This document shows positions 12,101 to 23,675 of a DNA stretch of 64,000 nucleotides, piece after piece. Both the position numbers and the translations under genes were made by a program. Numbering within the stretch: the stretch's first letter is position 1; every line of letters starts with the position of its first letter. The DNA is taken from the NCBI GenBank assembly GCA_905178155.1, contig CAJINV010000001.1, positions 15,438,142 to 15,502,141 on the forward strand. The letters run 5' to 3'. This stretch comes from Amoebophrya sp. A120. Taxonomy: Eukaryota > Protista > Dinoflagellata. The notes under the pieces were generated by a model that saw only the letters and a program-made list of their open reading frames with translations, had not been told where the DNA came from and did no database searches.

Positions 12101-13998
12101 GCGAGCGCACGCGCAGCGTGTTTGTCAGCGTGAATTCGGGAGTGTTGCGGTTGTTTGAGAAGCAGGAGGACTACCAGAAATGGTGTGCGTCAACCAATCG
12201 AATCGAGGAGTTTGTAGGTATTCAGACGCCAGAAGCGAGTGCTGCGTCGAAGAAGAGAAGCGGTGCGGAGGATGTGAAAAATGCTTCAACTGCGGAAAGA
12301 AATGCAGCTGCATTTTCCTCTACGTCCGGTGAATCCACCTCTTCAGCGTCCTCGTTTGAAAAGAAATTTGTTCGGAAACACCGCGACGCTTTGAAGCAGG
12401 TGTTCGAAAAACAGTGCACCGTCGACGACTTCTTGACCCTTGGGGACGATCACGAGCACCTCAATGAGCTGGCGCAGGAGGACAAGGTGGCCGACCTTGC
12501 TGCACTGGAAGATGAGGAAGCAGAACAGCATCACGAGGCCGTTGCAGCCCACCTTGAGGACGCTGCATCTGTGTCATCTCAAGGCAATGCGCGTGCCGAG
12601 GAAGGAAACACAAAAAACCCCGAACCTCGCCTGGAAGATGTCTGCACCTTTCCCCTCCTCGAGGAGATCTTTTTGGACCACACAGTCACGCTTGTAGTGG
12701 ACGACGCCGCGCCGAACACGATCGCCCTCAGGATTGCGTTTCACGACACCGACATGCTGGGGTGTGGCGGCGGAACAAGTACAAGCGTGTACGCATCTGG
12801 TGGTGCATGTTCAGCAACAGAGATAGGCCAGCAGCAAAATCTAAACTGTGGTCAGCTTGTTTCGGCAAAAACCGCTCTAAACCAGCAGCCGGACAATGCG
12901 GAACCGAATCCGACCACAGGTGGGGACAACATCATTTCCACCTCGCCCGCAGACCAGATAAGCAGAGTCGCCAAGGTGAAGCAATTTGCGTCCAAGTGGC
13001 GCAAGCGCGGTCTCCTCGGAAAATTGTTTTCGCGACGGGACGACGCGGCGATGGACGAGAATGTTAATTCTGCACGGAAACACGAAGACTCAGTGAATGC
13101 ACCCAACATCGACGACAGCACGGTCGTCGACGGAGGGGGCGGGCACACCCCTGGAGGTACGTCGGCCCCTGGGTCGTCGACGCCCCTCCATGGTCCCCCT
13201 CGCGAGTGGTCCACCTCCACCGCGCGTGGCATCAGCTTCTGCCGCCCTTTGCTGACGTCGTTCAATGATGTGCACGTTATTCGGAAGAGTCTCGGGTCGT
13301 TCGGAAAAACCGTGCGCGTTTCGCAGCGAAACAAGGCAGGGACCACACAGCGTGCTCTGTACCACCGCTCTTATCTGGAAGTGGTGATTGACCTGAGTAA
13401 GTTGCAACTGCTGTCGTGCGGCGTGTCGGCGAATTATATGGTGGGATCTTCTGGGCGAGACGGGGAAGCAGAAAATAATGTGAGAGCGGCCGAGGATAGT
13501 ACAGCGGCATCAAGCAGCACTTCCATCTTGCAGCGTCTCCACGAGCACAAGCGATACTTCGAGGGGATTTTCCACGTTTTACCGCAGGACCGCGTTTACT
13601 CCGGAAGTTGTTTGCCCTTGCTTCCCCGGGTCGAGCTCACACCCTACGCGTACACCATGCCAACCGTCACCGTGCCACTGTTAGACCATCGGAATCCGCA
13701 CGAAGACCGCGTTTTCCTGCAGGATCCGAGTGAGGACGAGGAGGAGGACGAGGACGAAGACATCGTGCACTTCGACAGCAACAATCTGCAGCAGCAGGAG
13801 CAGCAGGGTTTTCCGGGCGAAACGACCGGGAATAGGCAAGATCACCATGGAAATCAGCTGAGAGTGGATGGCGCTCCTGTTGGAGACAGAACGCCGCAGT
13901 CAGCAGGACGCGCAACTCCATTGGTGAAAACCAAGAGCAGTCCACCGGCCCCAACGCCGCGGCAGAAAGCCATGATGCAGGAAGCATACCAGCATTAG
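9148..13998 (+). CDS. Large single-exon protein (1616 aa) with a calponin-homology-like domain and a possible PH-like segment
   Basis: 4.85-kb uninterrupted ORF. DLLSGEVLCDLV...QHLDNMRRFLTIAREVCRVPLELLFSLQDF...LSKVARCLEAL resembles a calponin/IQGAP-type CH domain; GTLLRGDTKSWF...VFVSVNSGVLRLFEK resembles a PH N-terminus. Confidence 0.7.
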   Translation: MSASPDSGTRDDEALAFIHKQHDNLFAEWVSLELQRPVSDIWALKPEDFCTLVGCGGGTDFARHTGEQQKTDIGLSLSFAKVAESHGRSVCGMDLLRALDKYESSCPQVFIPPSDAATQGTNEEDVVATESASCPLASSTTAPPVQMKSGDATTEEPEAATLKRPRLSTAESWDNEHDQSREEDHMLEARRTVPSVVIPQTEPFLPPSPLEDRFMFTRRCLGLLGETSSLSLIAKDEKNSPEVKIAPAPTPVSPSRAANGTITNGCNSSTATTPTAASETDLPAYSGTGLQTEKQAVSASFCSVQEKENLDVHKKTDGSSSSKKCEIPWYLLYCEEEQPQTPAVAEGVPVILESLLNSPTELSRWRLRRFFHTIILQTCRDRGFAVSSSDETALQDAQWDRFHLSVKSADTTEEQKKKDEKSCGFDETENLRKYVSLLVKQQGNVKAGGVGDDVVDSATFFGQRKSFHLGAKPRKSCLRAPSRATLRLDPKSIAVPAMARASLAQQKGVKFLQVFADDQAQQKEQTTSPASATAGELSENLAIADQKAAKLFDWINEVLMVKEAERASFVTAQIQLKAESTENILVGVEPGIGKEEGEMNQAGEQEPTPAKASSSSSCASELRTSTSVAITSQTAKEDTLHRRKSHFSSHFSEYTHRVGSFTDLLSGEVLCDLVLKLLFYTHDRPQWTTAVLLDYFDAVHGYSAENRYTQLSTSGTRTRTSGTSSSSFLAAPSSVRRGEVQHLDNMRRFLTIAREVCRVPLELLFSLQDFPSRSVHTAALSKVARCLEALRYLTIPKSCSVIKPDPLPLLKDENKDAGERLLVQATTTSRVLPGSSSDESVIAKLLFDSGHRLHGGLLGHPQSTWRSGKGDRMMHRRLSTQFTAAHGNQHAHLSSSRDERSSQLKKSGSILVRGGNSCSFPSTLSPRNSAVASLTGIVAGVGCSKLDVGGLQHQDNKSDVDLAQPPHLFGAGTLLRGDTKSWFRSERTRSVFVSVNSGVLRLFEKQEDYQKWCASTNRIEEFVGIQTPEASAASKKRSGAEDVKNASTAERNAAAFSSTSGESTSSASSFEKKFVRKHRDALKQVFEKQCTVDDFLTLGDDHEHLNELAQEDKVADLAALEDEEAEQHHEAVAAHLEDAASVSSQGNARAEEGNTKNPEPRLEDVCTFPLLEEIFLDHTVTLVVDDAAPNTIALRIAFHDTDMLGCGGGTSTSVYASGGACSATEIGQQQNLNCGQLVSAKTALNQQPDNAEPNPTTGGDNIISTSPADQISRVAKVKQFASKWRKRGLLGKLFSRRDDAAMDENVNSARKHEDSVNAPNIDDSTVVDGGGGHTPGGTSAPGSSTPLHGPPREWSTSTARGISFCRPLLTSFNDVHVIRKSLGSFGKTVRVSQRNKAGTTQRALYHRSYLEVVIDLSKLQLLSCGVSANYMVGSSGRDGEAENNVRAAEDSTAASSSTSILQRLHEHKRYFEGIFHVLPQDRVYSGSCLPLLPRVELTPYAYTMPTVTVPLLDHRNPHEDRVFLQDPSEDEEEDEDEDIVHFDSNNLQQQEQQGFPGETTGNRQDHHGNQLRVDGAPVGDRTPQSAGRATPLVKTKSSPPAPTPRQKAMMQEAYQH

Positions 13999-14665
13999 GC
14001 AGAGCATGAACACGCTCAAGTTCTACTATTGTGCGAAGTCGGGGTGCTGTAGATCAAATGACACATAGCACTCCATGCTAGTATTCTGGTTCTTCAGAAG
14101 TCACAGTCGGTCCGCCACAGAAATGTCGAAGTTTCCAACGATATCGGTCCGAAATTTTGCTCCTTTACGTGAAGATCGTCTAAAAATGTAAGTCTCGGAC
14201 AAAGAAACAGAAAGTAGAGAAAGTAGTAGAGAAACTTTTGATCGTTTTGGAAAAGTGCTGAACCAGGCCCAGGCGGCCACTTCTGGAGGAAAAATGGAAC
14301 CTTCTTTTAGCCTGCGGCTGCACGATCACAGTTCAATGAAACTGCGCGATGATTAAAACTGCAGAATCTGTTCCTTCGTGCTGGTGCTGGTGGGTGTGTT
14401 TTGAGGAGAATCAGTGCCGCAGTTTTCTCCAGTGAATTTGCGACAAAGATATAGACGATTTGACATCAAGGCTTAGGGTTTGACATTCCTAGTGTCCTCG
14501 CAGTTTTGATATCATCAAGCTTTCAATATAATATTAGATTTTGATATCAAGACCAAGAGCGTAATACTACTCTGTGTTAGTGAGACAAGGTCAGAGTAGG
14601 AACAAAGAAGAGAGATTGACTTTACGACTTCACCAGCTTCGCTTAGCTATCCAAACGCCGCAGAG

Positions 14666-15878
14666 ATGACGCGCTCCGAGGCGTTCAATATTGACACGCT
14701 CGTGCTGAAATTTGAGTCGTGTGCGGATAAGCTGGAAAAGACCGGAGACGTCGACCTTATCCTCTTCGGGGACGGTTTGAAGGAAATGCGAAAGGTACCG
14801 AAGTAAAGCTTGGTGTAGTCCTCCTGTTGGCACTATACTGCTGCAGATTGTCATCTACTGTCACTGTCTTGTTCCTCTGAAGACTCTGTGTGATTTCTTC
14901 CACACGGACTGCTTGTCCTTTTTCTGCTTCCGGTGCAAATTGTCAAGTTGAAAGATGATCCCCCACAAAAGACGTGCCACGTAGTAATGTTGTAAAACAA
15001 TAAATCTAAATCACAAAAGGTTTTCGACAACATGGGCGACACCTTTGCTTTTGCCTTCAAAGATTTGGACGATAAAATTGAAACACTGGCAATACATTCG
15101 GGAAAGTACCCCACAGCCGGTGGCATGCTGGATAACGAAGTAGCACGAGGGAGCAAGCCACCAAAAGACAGCGTAAGGATAAATTTGATGTCTTACTGCA
15201 TAGAGTTGAAGTAGATTTTGATTTCGCTTTGGGTAGTAGGTATTCACCTCTTTGTCGTCTAGTACCTCTACCTGCAGCATACAGCTACAATAGCAAGGGA
15301 GATGACAAACCAATAAGAATACCGCCAAAACTTAAACTAACAGATTTTAGACGGCCAGGGTCCGGTGTCCCCAGCAAGAGCGATAAACCGAAGTACGCAC
15401 GTGTGCATGTTCATAACGAAGATTCTAGAGGAGCTGGAAAAGGATAAGAGCGCAACCATGAAGACAGCCTGCAGCAATGCGTATGAACCGACCTTGTGCA
15501 CCATCCACGGATGGTTTGTACGAAATTCCGTGCGGCTTGCGTTCAACATGCTGCCGGACCGCGTCATGTTTATGCACAACTGCAACATGACCGAGCAAGA
15601 CCTTGCAGAGAAGGGACCAAGATTTGTCAAGGCATCCATGGTACTACGAGCGACATACTTAGTTTATTTAACGCTTTCGCGTTCGCGAACAGGAGATGCG
15701 TATACCAATTCAAATCGATATTTGGTTCATTTGTCCGTGTTAGTGTTATTTTCTCCGTCGATATCTTCACCACCTCAATGAATTGTAAATCTCGACGAAT
15801 GCGAACACACAATATCAGCGCCTGACGCAGCACATGAAGAGTCACTTCGACAAGCGATCATTGAACTGGGTCTTTTAA
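14666..15878 (+). CDS. Glycolipid transfer protein (GLTP/CPTP/ACD11 family); exons 14666-14794, 15020-15172, 15344-15640, 15819-15878
   Basis: Spliced product contains KVFDNMGDTFAFAFKDLDDKIETL, SPARAINR and ACSNAYEPTLCTIHGWFVRNSVRLAFNMLPDR, the GLTP-fold signature. Three GT-AG introns, all phase 0. Confidence 0.82.
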
Positions 15879-16863
15879 GTCTGACGCGAATTCCCTCCAC
15901 CCGGCGCGGCACGACATGGCATCTCGTTCTGGAGCACACATTTCATTCGAAATTTTGGCAATGTTACCCCTCGGTCTCGGCCTCCCAAGGAACCAAAGCA
16001 GACGCTAGGCACGCTGTACGGAGCAGCACCGCGCTGCAGCGCAGCCGCAGCTGGCTTGTGACTAGCTAGGCATACAAACGGTTTTTGTTGCGCGCTGACC
16101 GCACTATCCCCAAACAAGTCCCCCATCCTCCCCCGTCGTAAGAAGGTACTTTCTACTTTGCGCACGAAGATCTATCGTATCGAGGACGCTCCTCCTGCTG
16201 ACGCATATAACAAGATTTTGCTGTGATTGCGGGGGAAGTACATGTTGCCCTCGAGATGACAATAAATTGTTCCCCCCACCACGACACACCATTTGTACTT
16301 CGCAAGGGACTACCCTCGATTAGTTCTAGACCCTGTAACAGCCGTTGGTTTATCGCACACTGAAAACTAAGCGACAGCTGTTGCGAGGATCTGGAGAAAA
16401 CTTTTTGAAGTGTTGAACGCCTCGCGGAGATTGGCAAGACGAAGCGACAACTGTACTTATGGAGGCCGTCAAGCAAACTACACGATGACACTCTATTGAA
16501 CGGAACCCTGCGAATCATTGTGATCGCGATGTTCATCTTATTCTAATTCTTTCAGCGAGTTTTGCAGGATCCTCTTTCATACATTTGTGTGGTGCATTGG
16601 GCTTGTGATGGGGAATGCGAAGGAACTACAGGAGGATCTACACGTTCAGATCAAGAAGACAAGTGTACAGACCGCATGGCTCTATTGGCGAAGTTTGTGA
16701 CCTCCAGTCGTTTCTTGTCACTGAGGATCTCCATCTCGTCGATCTCGGATTGACAGATCAAGATCTTGAGACTTTTTTTTATCCGCATTCGCTTCGTCAC
16801 GAGCCTACTGGCATCTTATTAGGCCTTAGAGATGTTCATCCGGCACCAAAACACAAACTGAAA

Positions 16864-18918
16864 ATGTTCGTGTTCGTTAATATTTGCAACTTCCGAGGCT
16901 CGTCTTTCGTGCTTCTGTGGTCGCTCCTTTTGTCACTGACTGTGTCGAAAGCCGCTGTGAGCTATGATTTTGCGTTGCACTTTGTCGATCTGGATTTCGT
17001 AATCGCTGGCTTTCCCCAAAGCGGCACCTCCTCGCTGGTCTACTACTTGCGGCAGCACCCTGAGATCTTCGTCAGCGACGAATTCGAGGACAACATGTTT
17101 TGGCGCGCGAACTACACCGCCACCTCGTTTCACCGGTGGCGCAGAAAGTACTCCCACCGTGGCGAACCGAAGAAGAAGAGTCGGGCGACCAAAGTAGAGG
17201 TCGATGCAGATAATTTTGTGGCAGGAGCTGGTGCGGCGCACAAGTACGAGGCACTACAGCAGGCACGTCTACATCCAAGCTCCCAATTAGAAGGTGAAAT
17301 AAATACAGAAGAGAAGGCGTTTTTATTCGCGGAGGAAGATCATGATGCGCCTGTGTCGAAGTCGCAAGAAGGCCCTGACACTACAACCCCACCAGTAGTT
17401 CGGCTGCTTGGTCTGAAGGACCCGTTGCTGGGGTTTACACCCGAAGCGATGAAGCTACTTGGGGAACGTGTGAAGCTCGGTTGCAAGATCATTTTTCTGA
17501 TCCGAGACCCGCTGGAGATGCTGATTTCTTGGCTGCAGGGCGGTGCGTCTTGGCTGACCCCGTGGAACACACTACTCCACCTGGGCGCCGGCTACTTCCT
17601 GGAGCACCTGGCCATTGCGAAAGAGCTCTTCAAGAAGGGCCAGACGGTGTCCCTCGGCGCGCGAGATGCTCTGGAGGAGCAGACCCGGATTGAGCAAAAT
17701 TTCCTTTTCGTTCCCACTCACCAGCTACTCAAAAACACCGACGACGTTCTTGGAAAAATCCTGCAGTTTCTCGGTTTGGACCCCGCCTTCAAGTTCGATA
17801 CCAGGAAGAAGTTGCACGTCGGTTACTCGACGAGGGCAGTCCACCAGCCAGCGCGGTTCTCGGATGCTGCACAAGCGTCCAGAAAAAGAGCGACGGGACC
17901 GGATAAGGGCGAAAAGAACCCCAACGACCCTTCTGTGACATCTTGTACATCTTCCTCTTCGCCCGCCGCCCTGACGAAGCAACCGTTTTTCCTGCCGCAC
18001 CAGCTTGACGTTTGCGGCTTGAACGTTCTTCCCTTTCTGCAAGCCGCTTTCGAGGGACAGCAGGAACAGCTGACGACGCTGCTTGCCGACCAAACGCGAA
18101 AAAATTCCATCAGCTTCGAAAGACCGTACTTTGCACCTGACTCGCACGGGATCCCAAAGCAGTGCTTGAATCATCAGAAAAGAATAACTGGACGTGGACC
18201 CAGTTCAAGTTTCGGAGTATCTTCACCTTCATCTCCTCGTCGGACGCAGTACGGCTTCCTTGCGTTCAATGCTGACAGGAGACCACGGCAGCAGACGCGA
18301 CGGAGTAGAAAAAGACAGCGTTACATTCCCCTGCGGTACGCGCTGCCCCAGTGTCGGGCGCCGCTCGCGAATATCGCGATCGAACCTATGAAGCACATGG
18401 TGCTGCGGCCGTCCACCGATGAGCTTCGGGAGCATTCGCATTCGCATTACGACGTGGCACGACAAGCAGCTTCCCAGTTCATTTCCGTCCCGTTTCTGTA
18501 CGGGAATGTGCCGCGAACGCGAAGACCCGACGTTTGCAACTCTTTAAAAGAGGTGCGCGAGTACATCCCCTCTTCAATCCTGGACCAGCTGGATTGCCAT
18601 CTGCAACTCAGTGGTACTCGAGTTATGAAGGGTAGCACAACTAGCGCGATTTCTTTAGATGAACAACACGGCGCAGGTGTTGATCATGATGGAAGGAAGA
18701 AGCATGAGGCTTCTGACCTCTGCAGTAAGTGTTGCATTTTCTTCTCAGCCGAATGCTGGGACGATGAAAACGCGCCGAAACTCCCAAAATGCTGCATCCA
18801 GCGTCTGAGCATGTATCTTTCGGTCGTGTCATATCTCCTTCGGATGGAGATTTGTGGGCAAGATATGGGCTGTAGTGGCGTGCGGAAAAATTTCGTGACC
18901 ATGGAAAATTTGAATTGA
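16864..18918 (+). CDS. Secretory-pathway PAPS-dependent sulfotransferase (heparan-sulfate sulfotransferase-like)
   Basis: Hydrophobic N-terminus, 5'-PSB loop DFVIAGFPQSGTSSLVYYLRQHPEI, 3'-PB KIIFLIRDPLE, and LGKILQFLGL. Start set at ATG 16864; the ORF is open from 16615. Confidence 0.8.
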   Translation: MFVFVNICNFRGSSFVLLWSLLLSLTVSKAAVSYDFALHFVDLDFVIAGFPQSGTSSLVYYLRQHPEIFVSDEFEDNMFWRANYTATSFHRWRRKYSHRGEPKKKSRATKVEVDADNFVAGAGAAHKYEALQQARLHPSSQLEGEINTEEKAFLFAEEDHDAPVSKSQEGPDTTTPPVVRLLGLKDPLLGFTPEAMKLLGERVKLGCKIIFLIRDPLEMLISWLQGGASWLTPWNTLLHLGAGYFLEHLAIAKELFKKGQTVSLGARDALEEQTRIEQNFLFVPTHQLLKNTDDVLGKILQFLGLDPAFKFDTRKKLHVGYSTRAVHQPARFSDAAQASRKRATGPDKGEKNPNDPSVTSCTSSSSPAALTKQPFFLPHQLDVCGLNVLPFLQAAFEGQQEQLTTLLADQTRKNSISFERPYFAPDSHGIPKQCLNHQKRITGRGPSSSFGVSSPSSPRRTQYGFLAFNADRRPRQQTRRSRKRQRYIPLRYALPQCRAPLANIAIEPMKHMVLRPSTDELREHSHSHYDVARQAASQFISVPFLYGNVPRTRRPDVCNSLKEVREYIPSSILDQLDCHLQLSGTRVMKGSTTSAISLDEQHGAGVDHDGRKKHEASDLCSKCCIFFSAECWDDENAPKLPKCCIQRLSMYLSVVSYLLRMEICGQDMGCSGVRKNFVTMENLN

Positions 18919-20755
18919 TTTTTGTACGGTAGTTCCTGCCGCCCGGGCCCGGAGGTGTTTTTTACGCGGCAAGGATCTGCTCTGGGGCTGAGGTTTGGTT
19001 CTGCCTGTTCTGTGGTCGTGGTTTGTGTGGCCGGTGGTCGTGATCATTATCTTGTTCAGTCGTTATCTTGTTCGATAATTTTTCGTGTTCCAGGATATTG
19101 TGATTTGCATTTGATTGTTCCAATTTCGCAGTGTGCCGCACTCGCACAGCATTCTTTGCTCGCAAGATAGTAGGTAGGACCAACATCGTTTTCGTCGTTC
19201 TTCATGCCACGTCGTCGATATTCGTCCTGCTTTCGCATTCGTAGATTAGGAGGAGAAAGTAAATAATGGTGGTGGAAGGAGAAAAGAGGAAGAGAATTCT
19301 AATTCAATTGTCGAGAGAGTCAGAGTCGTCGTGAGTCGAATAAATTCATTCGAAACACCAGTAGGATCGCAGGGAGGAGTTGAGGACTTGAAGCATTCGC
19401 CTCGGCTCGATTTTGAAAGCCTGCCTCACTTCAAGTTCAAGGAATGCAAACGTTCTGTAGCGCCTGTAACAGAACTTTGGAAAACGAAACGATATCAATT
19501 AAGAGACCACAGATAAAAATTTCATTATCATTTCTCGTTATCGTTGCCACACACGCACACGCAGCCGAGCCCGTGGTTCGACCGCACGCGCCGAAGAGGA
19601 GCACCAGGCATTTTTGCGGTTTGGGCTACCAACAACTTTCACATTTTTGCTGCACGACCGAGGACCTGCACCAGCATCCATCGGCGCGACTTTTTTTTTT
19701 GAAATTCCGCATCAACGTCATCAGATCCTTCTCCTAGCGCCAGGGCCAGACCCGCCACAGCTGTGGGCTTTTCATCTGATCAGATCTTCACGACCAGGTG
19801 CGAGTCCTTCCACCATCTTTCGGCCGCTAGGCTGTTTCATCTTCTGGTTCCGGAAGCATCGCTGCGAGTCGAGAAGCAGTTGGATCAACAAGTTTGTCAG
19901 ACATTGCAGCAAAGAGAAGAGCAGGTAAAATCGAAGTACCCAACGCCACTGACCTTATTCCGGACACAGAAATCAGAAAAAGTTGTGCTTGCTTCCCTGC
20001 AAGAACATTGCTACTCAAAACAACAACTACTTTTAGCCGAATAGTCGTCCGACATCCACAACACTAGAAGACGAGAAACGAAACCGGTACGGCGCCAGCT
20101 TGAGCAAACGCCTCTCGCCTGCGGCACGTATTCTTGTCATCGCGAAGTTCTGGGTTTTATCCATCTTCTTGAACAAAAAGACAACTACAAGAAGGGGGTA
20201 AAGTCGTGCAACTCGTCAATTTCATTTGAAGAATCCGGCTTTTAGCACTACGCGAATCAATTCCAGGAAGGCCGCAAGTACTCCAGTCAAAGGCTAAAGA
20301 CGGTGGAGGTAGTACAGCAAGCCGTCTAGCAGAGGAAAAACCCTGAACCAGCACAGCTGCGGTGCAAAAAGCAACTCGCGCAGAAGTGCGTTCTCTCTTT
20401 GTGCCTCTGCTTATCGAGCTCCTTCTTCCGTGCACGGATTGCGGCAGCGGCAGGAGTTGTTCCCTGCAGAAGAGAATTACCCAAGCCGCGCCGAAAAGGT
20501 AGCCAGCAGCACATAGCGACGCATCCGTGCTACAGCTCCTTTGAAAATGACGAACCAACCGGTGCACCGCGATGCGGTGTATGACACTTCGATGTCCTCG
20601 CTGCTGACACCTGTATCACTCATTGAATACGGCTTGCGAAGAGAAGGTAAGTATTGGCTGCTTTTTTATGCCAATCGTTCTTTTTTTGATTGTGATACAT
20701 AGCATGAGCACCGTGCAGCTGAAATCAACAACGTCGCAGGTCCAGCAGGTGGTCT

Positions 20756-22542
20756 ATGCACCAAAATGAAAACCCTTTCTCTTTCGGATTAAAAACAGCA
20801 TTTGGCGAGGGTATGCTGGCTATCACTGATGAAGGCGTGCTAACAGCCGGAGCCGCACAGAAGTACCCAGCGAGACAAAAGGCTTTTCTCGAATACAGGA
20901 GATCACTGCCATCGGTAATAAATCTTTTTTCAGACAATATTCCTACTTCCACACTTCTGCTTTCGCTGCGCGCTACTGCACTCTGTGATGATGTTGCGAC
21001 CTCACGACACAAATATACTTACTGCTTTGACTTGAAGAACATTGTTCAATGAACAAAAATTTGAATTACACACCTCAGCTGCAAACTCGGCTAAGGCAGA
21101 TCGCACCGCCACGAGAAATCGCAAACCCACCGCTGACACCCTCTGCGGCGCCCCTCTACCCACCGTCAAGATGGCAGGATGCACAGGTTTTGATGCTTTT
21201 CTGTATTGGATAGAGGCTTACTTTTGTCTGTCACCTATCAACGTTCGTCGTGATGATCTTTTCTTCCGTTGTGATTCGCAGGGCGTGTAATGAAAAATTC
21301 AGATACCTGGTAACGTTGGCGTCTCGCACAAAAGGAAGGGCTCAAACTACAGTCTCCACGGAAATCTGGGTACTGGGAATCCCTACTCCAGTTACGTCTT
21401 CAAAGCGGGGAACCGCGAGGACACAGTGTTTTCAGACACGTTGATAAACCGGGCGGAGAAGCGAGTCACGAACGTAAGGGATTTTTTGGAATAATTTTTC
21501 CTGAAATACTTTAAAACATGCACATTTTTGCTCAACATGATCATCTCCGTCTCGCCCGTTTTCTCAGAGTTAGCCGAACGGCCATGATAAGTTACTCATA
21601 TGGTCTCCCACTCTAGGATTCAAATACGTAACAGGAAGAGCGCAAGATTCTGCGAGCGCAAATTGCGTACGCACTCCGGCGGGTAAAGCATTTGACGAGC
21701 CAGCAACGGGTGCGCCAGTACCAGGGCATTCTCGAAAAGTACTTCATTCAGCACTTCCATATGAATCGTGCGCTGAAAACCGAGTTTTTCGCTGCCGAAT
21801 CCTTCGCAGAAACCCTTTGCAGAGAAATCGTGGATGAAGTGCTCGTATCAACGATTTTTCTTTCTTCTTCCTGTTGAGCATGATCTTGATCGGTATGCAT
21901 AGCGATGCCCTCGTCCTCCGGTGGATTCATGATGAATCGCTGCTGAAAATGTGCATATGATGTCATTCGGAAAATGAGATGAAGTAAGTTATTTGCTCTT
22001 TCTACACGTCGTCTGATTTACTTCTGGACAATTTTCAGGTGAAGAAGACCGCACTGAAGGAGAAGCTGTTTGCCATGCGGAAAGCCAATAGTGTGCAATC
22101 TATCCCGGCGTTGGAAGAGCTTTTCAAGGAGCAACGAGGCTTGTCGGAAATCGAGAAGCGAATCCAAGAAATAAAAGACGCGGATCTGACGGACCCCGTA
22201 ACAGACGCCGGGCAGTTGACAAGAGGTACAAAGATGAGCTGTCGTGGTTGTTTTTTTCGTTGCTGAACACGTTTTTTGCTTGCTTCGTGCAGCTCTTTTG
22301 CGTAAATTTATGCGAAAAGGCTCTCCTACACAAAACTTATACTCACATCAGGGCGCCTCGACTACTACCGCTGGGACTTCGACAACGCCATTAAGGCGGA
22401 TCCACCAACCATGCAACCGAAGGAGGATTTCATCGATGGTTTTCAAGCGGGGAGGCAGGCTCTGATTGACGACATCGCCGCCCGCCTCCGGCCAGGCCGC
22501 GAGTCGCGCTCCAAGTCCATGTCCACTCGGCCGATAAAGTAG
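20756..22542 (+). CDS. Multi-exon hypothetical protein (5' exons uncertain; supported exons approx. 21636-21845, 22039-22225, 22352-22542)
   Basis: Coding-like blocks (EERKILRAQIAYALRRVKHL..., VKKTALKEKLF..., GRLDYYRWDFDNAIK...) joined in frame by GT-AG introns; no domain recognised. Confidence 0.5.
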
Positions 22543-23675
22543 GGCTTGTGCTGTGCGGGAGGTTAATATCCTACTTTATCGCGACGGCGACATTAAGTTT
22601 ACCAAATCCAAATCGAATCATTGCCAAAAACCTTAATAGTAGTACATTCACAATTATCACCCAATATCTTTGACGTTTAACAATCACAATTAACAGAAAG
22701 TCTTCACACAGGTCGATCATCTAATAGTTCTCGCTGAATCCCTCGGCAGATGAAGATGCCTGTGGCAGACTGACTGTCCTTTTGGACAGTTTTTACGTTT
22801 AGGATCACAGTCCGCCGTTTGTCGTATGTGTTTACGCAAGAGCGGCATTGTGAAGACCGTGAGCTCCTGTACACCTTGAAACAGAAGTAATGTCGATGAT
22901 GTGCTCATGCGGTTTTCTAGAATTTGGAAAGAATGCACCTGCTAATCCTTCTAATCGTGTTCCGCTGTATAATATCGAAGAAGCAGCAAGGCAACCAGAA
23001 AGAAAATCAGAATAACACAGACGGACAGGACGAGGCTGCATAGGCGTGCAGTTCCGTGTCGTGTTCTTTTGGCATGCGGTCCACCTCAAAAGCCTCGTTG
23101 TATGAAATCAATGTTGACTGCTCGCAGCCACCATCGACGACAAGGTTTGTGCGGAGAGTGCAAAACAACAGTCGGACGAGATAAAGCAGTTTTACTGCTG
23201 TGCCCGAGTTCGTCAGTAGACGACATAGAGATACCAGCGATAGATCGACGAGCGTGCTGCATTTACGTATAGCAATGTCTCATGAGAGGCTCCTACGTCG
23301 CGCTTTTGGAGTTAGGACTCGCAGAGCATCTTTCGAGTATGACGAGAACTCGTCTGCGAAAATAGGTCTATCGTTTTGATGGCGCGACGAGCAGTACGCG
23401 CTCGGCTCATAAAGCCGGTCGATGTCGTCTGTACTATTTCGCAGTAAAACAATAACGCAAATGCAAATGCAAATCCGTGCCGTCACCAGCAGCCGATAGA
23501 ACGCATTCACTTATGTCTGAATGCATGGAAAACCGAAAGACAATGCTCGTCCCATTGTCCCGTTCGACGAGACGAGGCAGTAGAGGCCCGCTTGACGAAC
23601 CCGTAAGGTCGTGATAGGGATCCAGCACCTGCATCGCGTAGCGTCGAGGCCGCCGCCGAGCGCAAACAACTAAGT

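Noticed and set aside
14458-14552. Short repeats TTTGA(C/T)ATCA resembling introner ends
   Set aside because: Too short, no TSD or paired TIR; could be chance in AT-rich intergenic DNA.
20399-20755. Possible upstream extension of the 20756 gene through two TGAs and a GT-AG intron
   Set aside because: The translation is not protein-like; more simply a 5' UTR with an intron.
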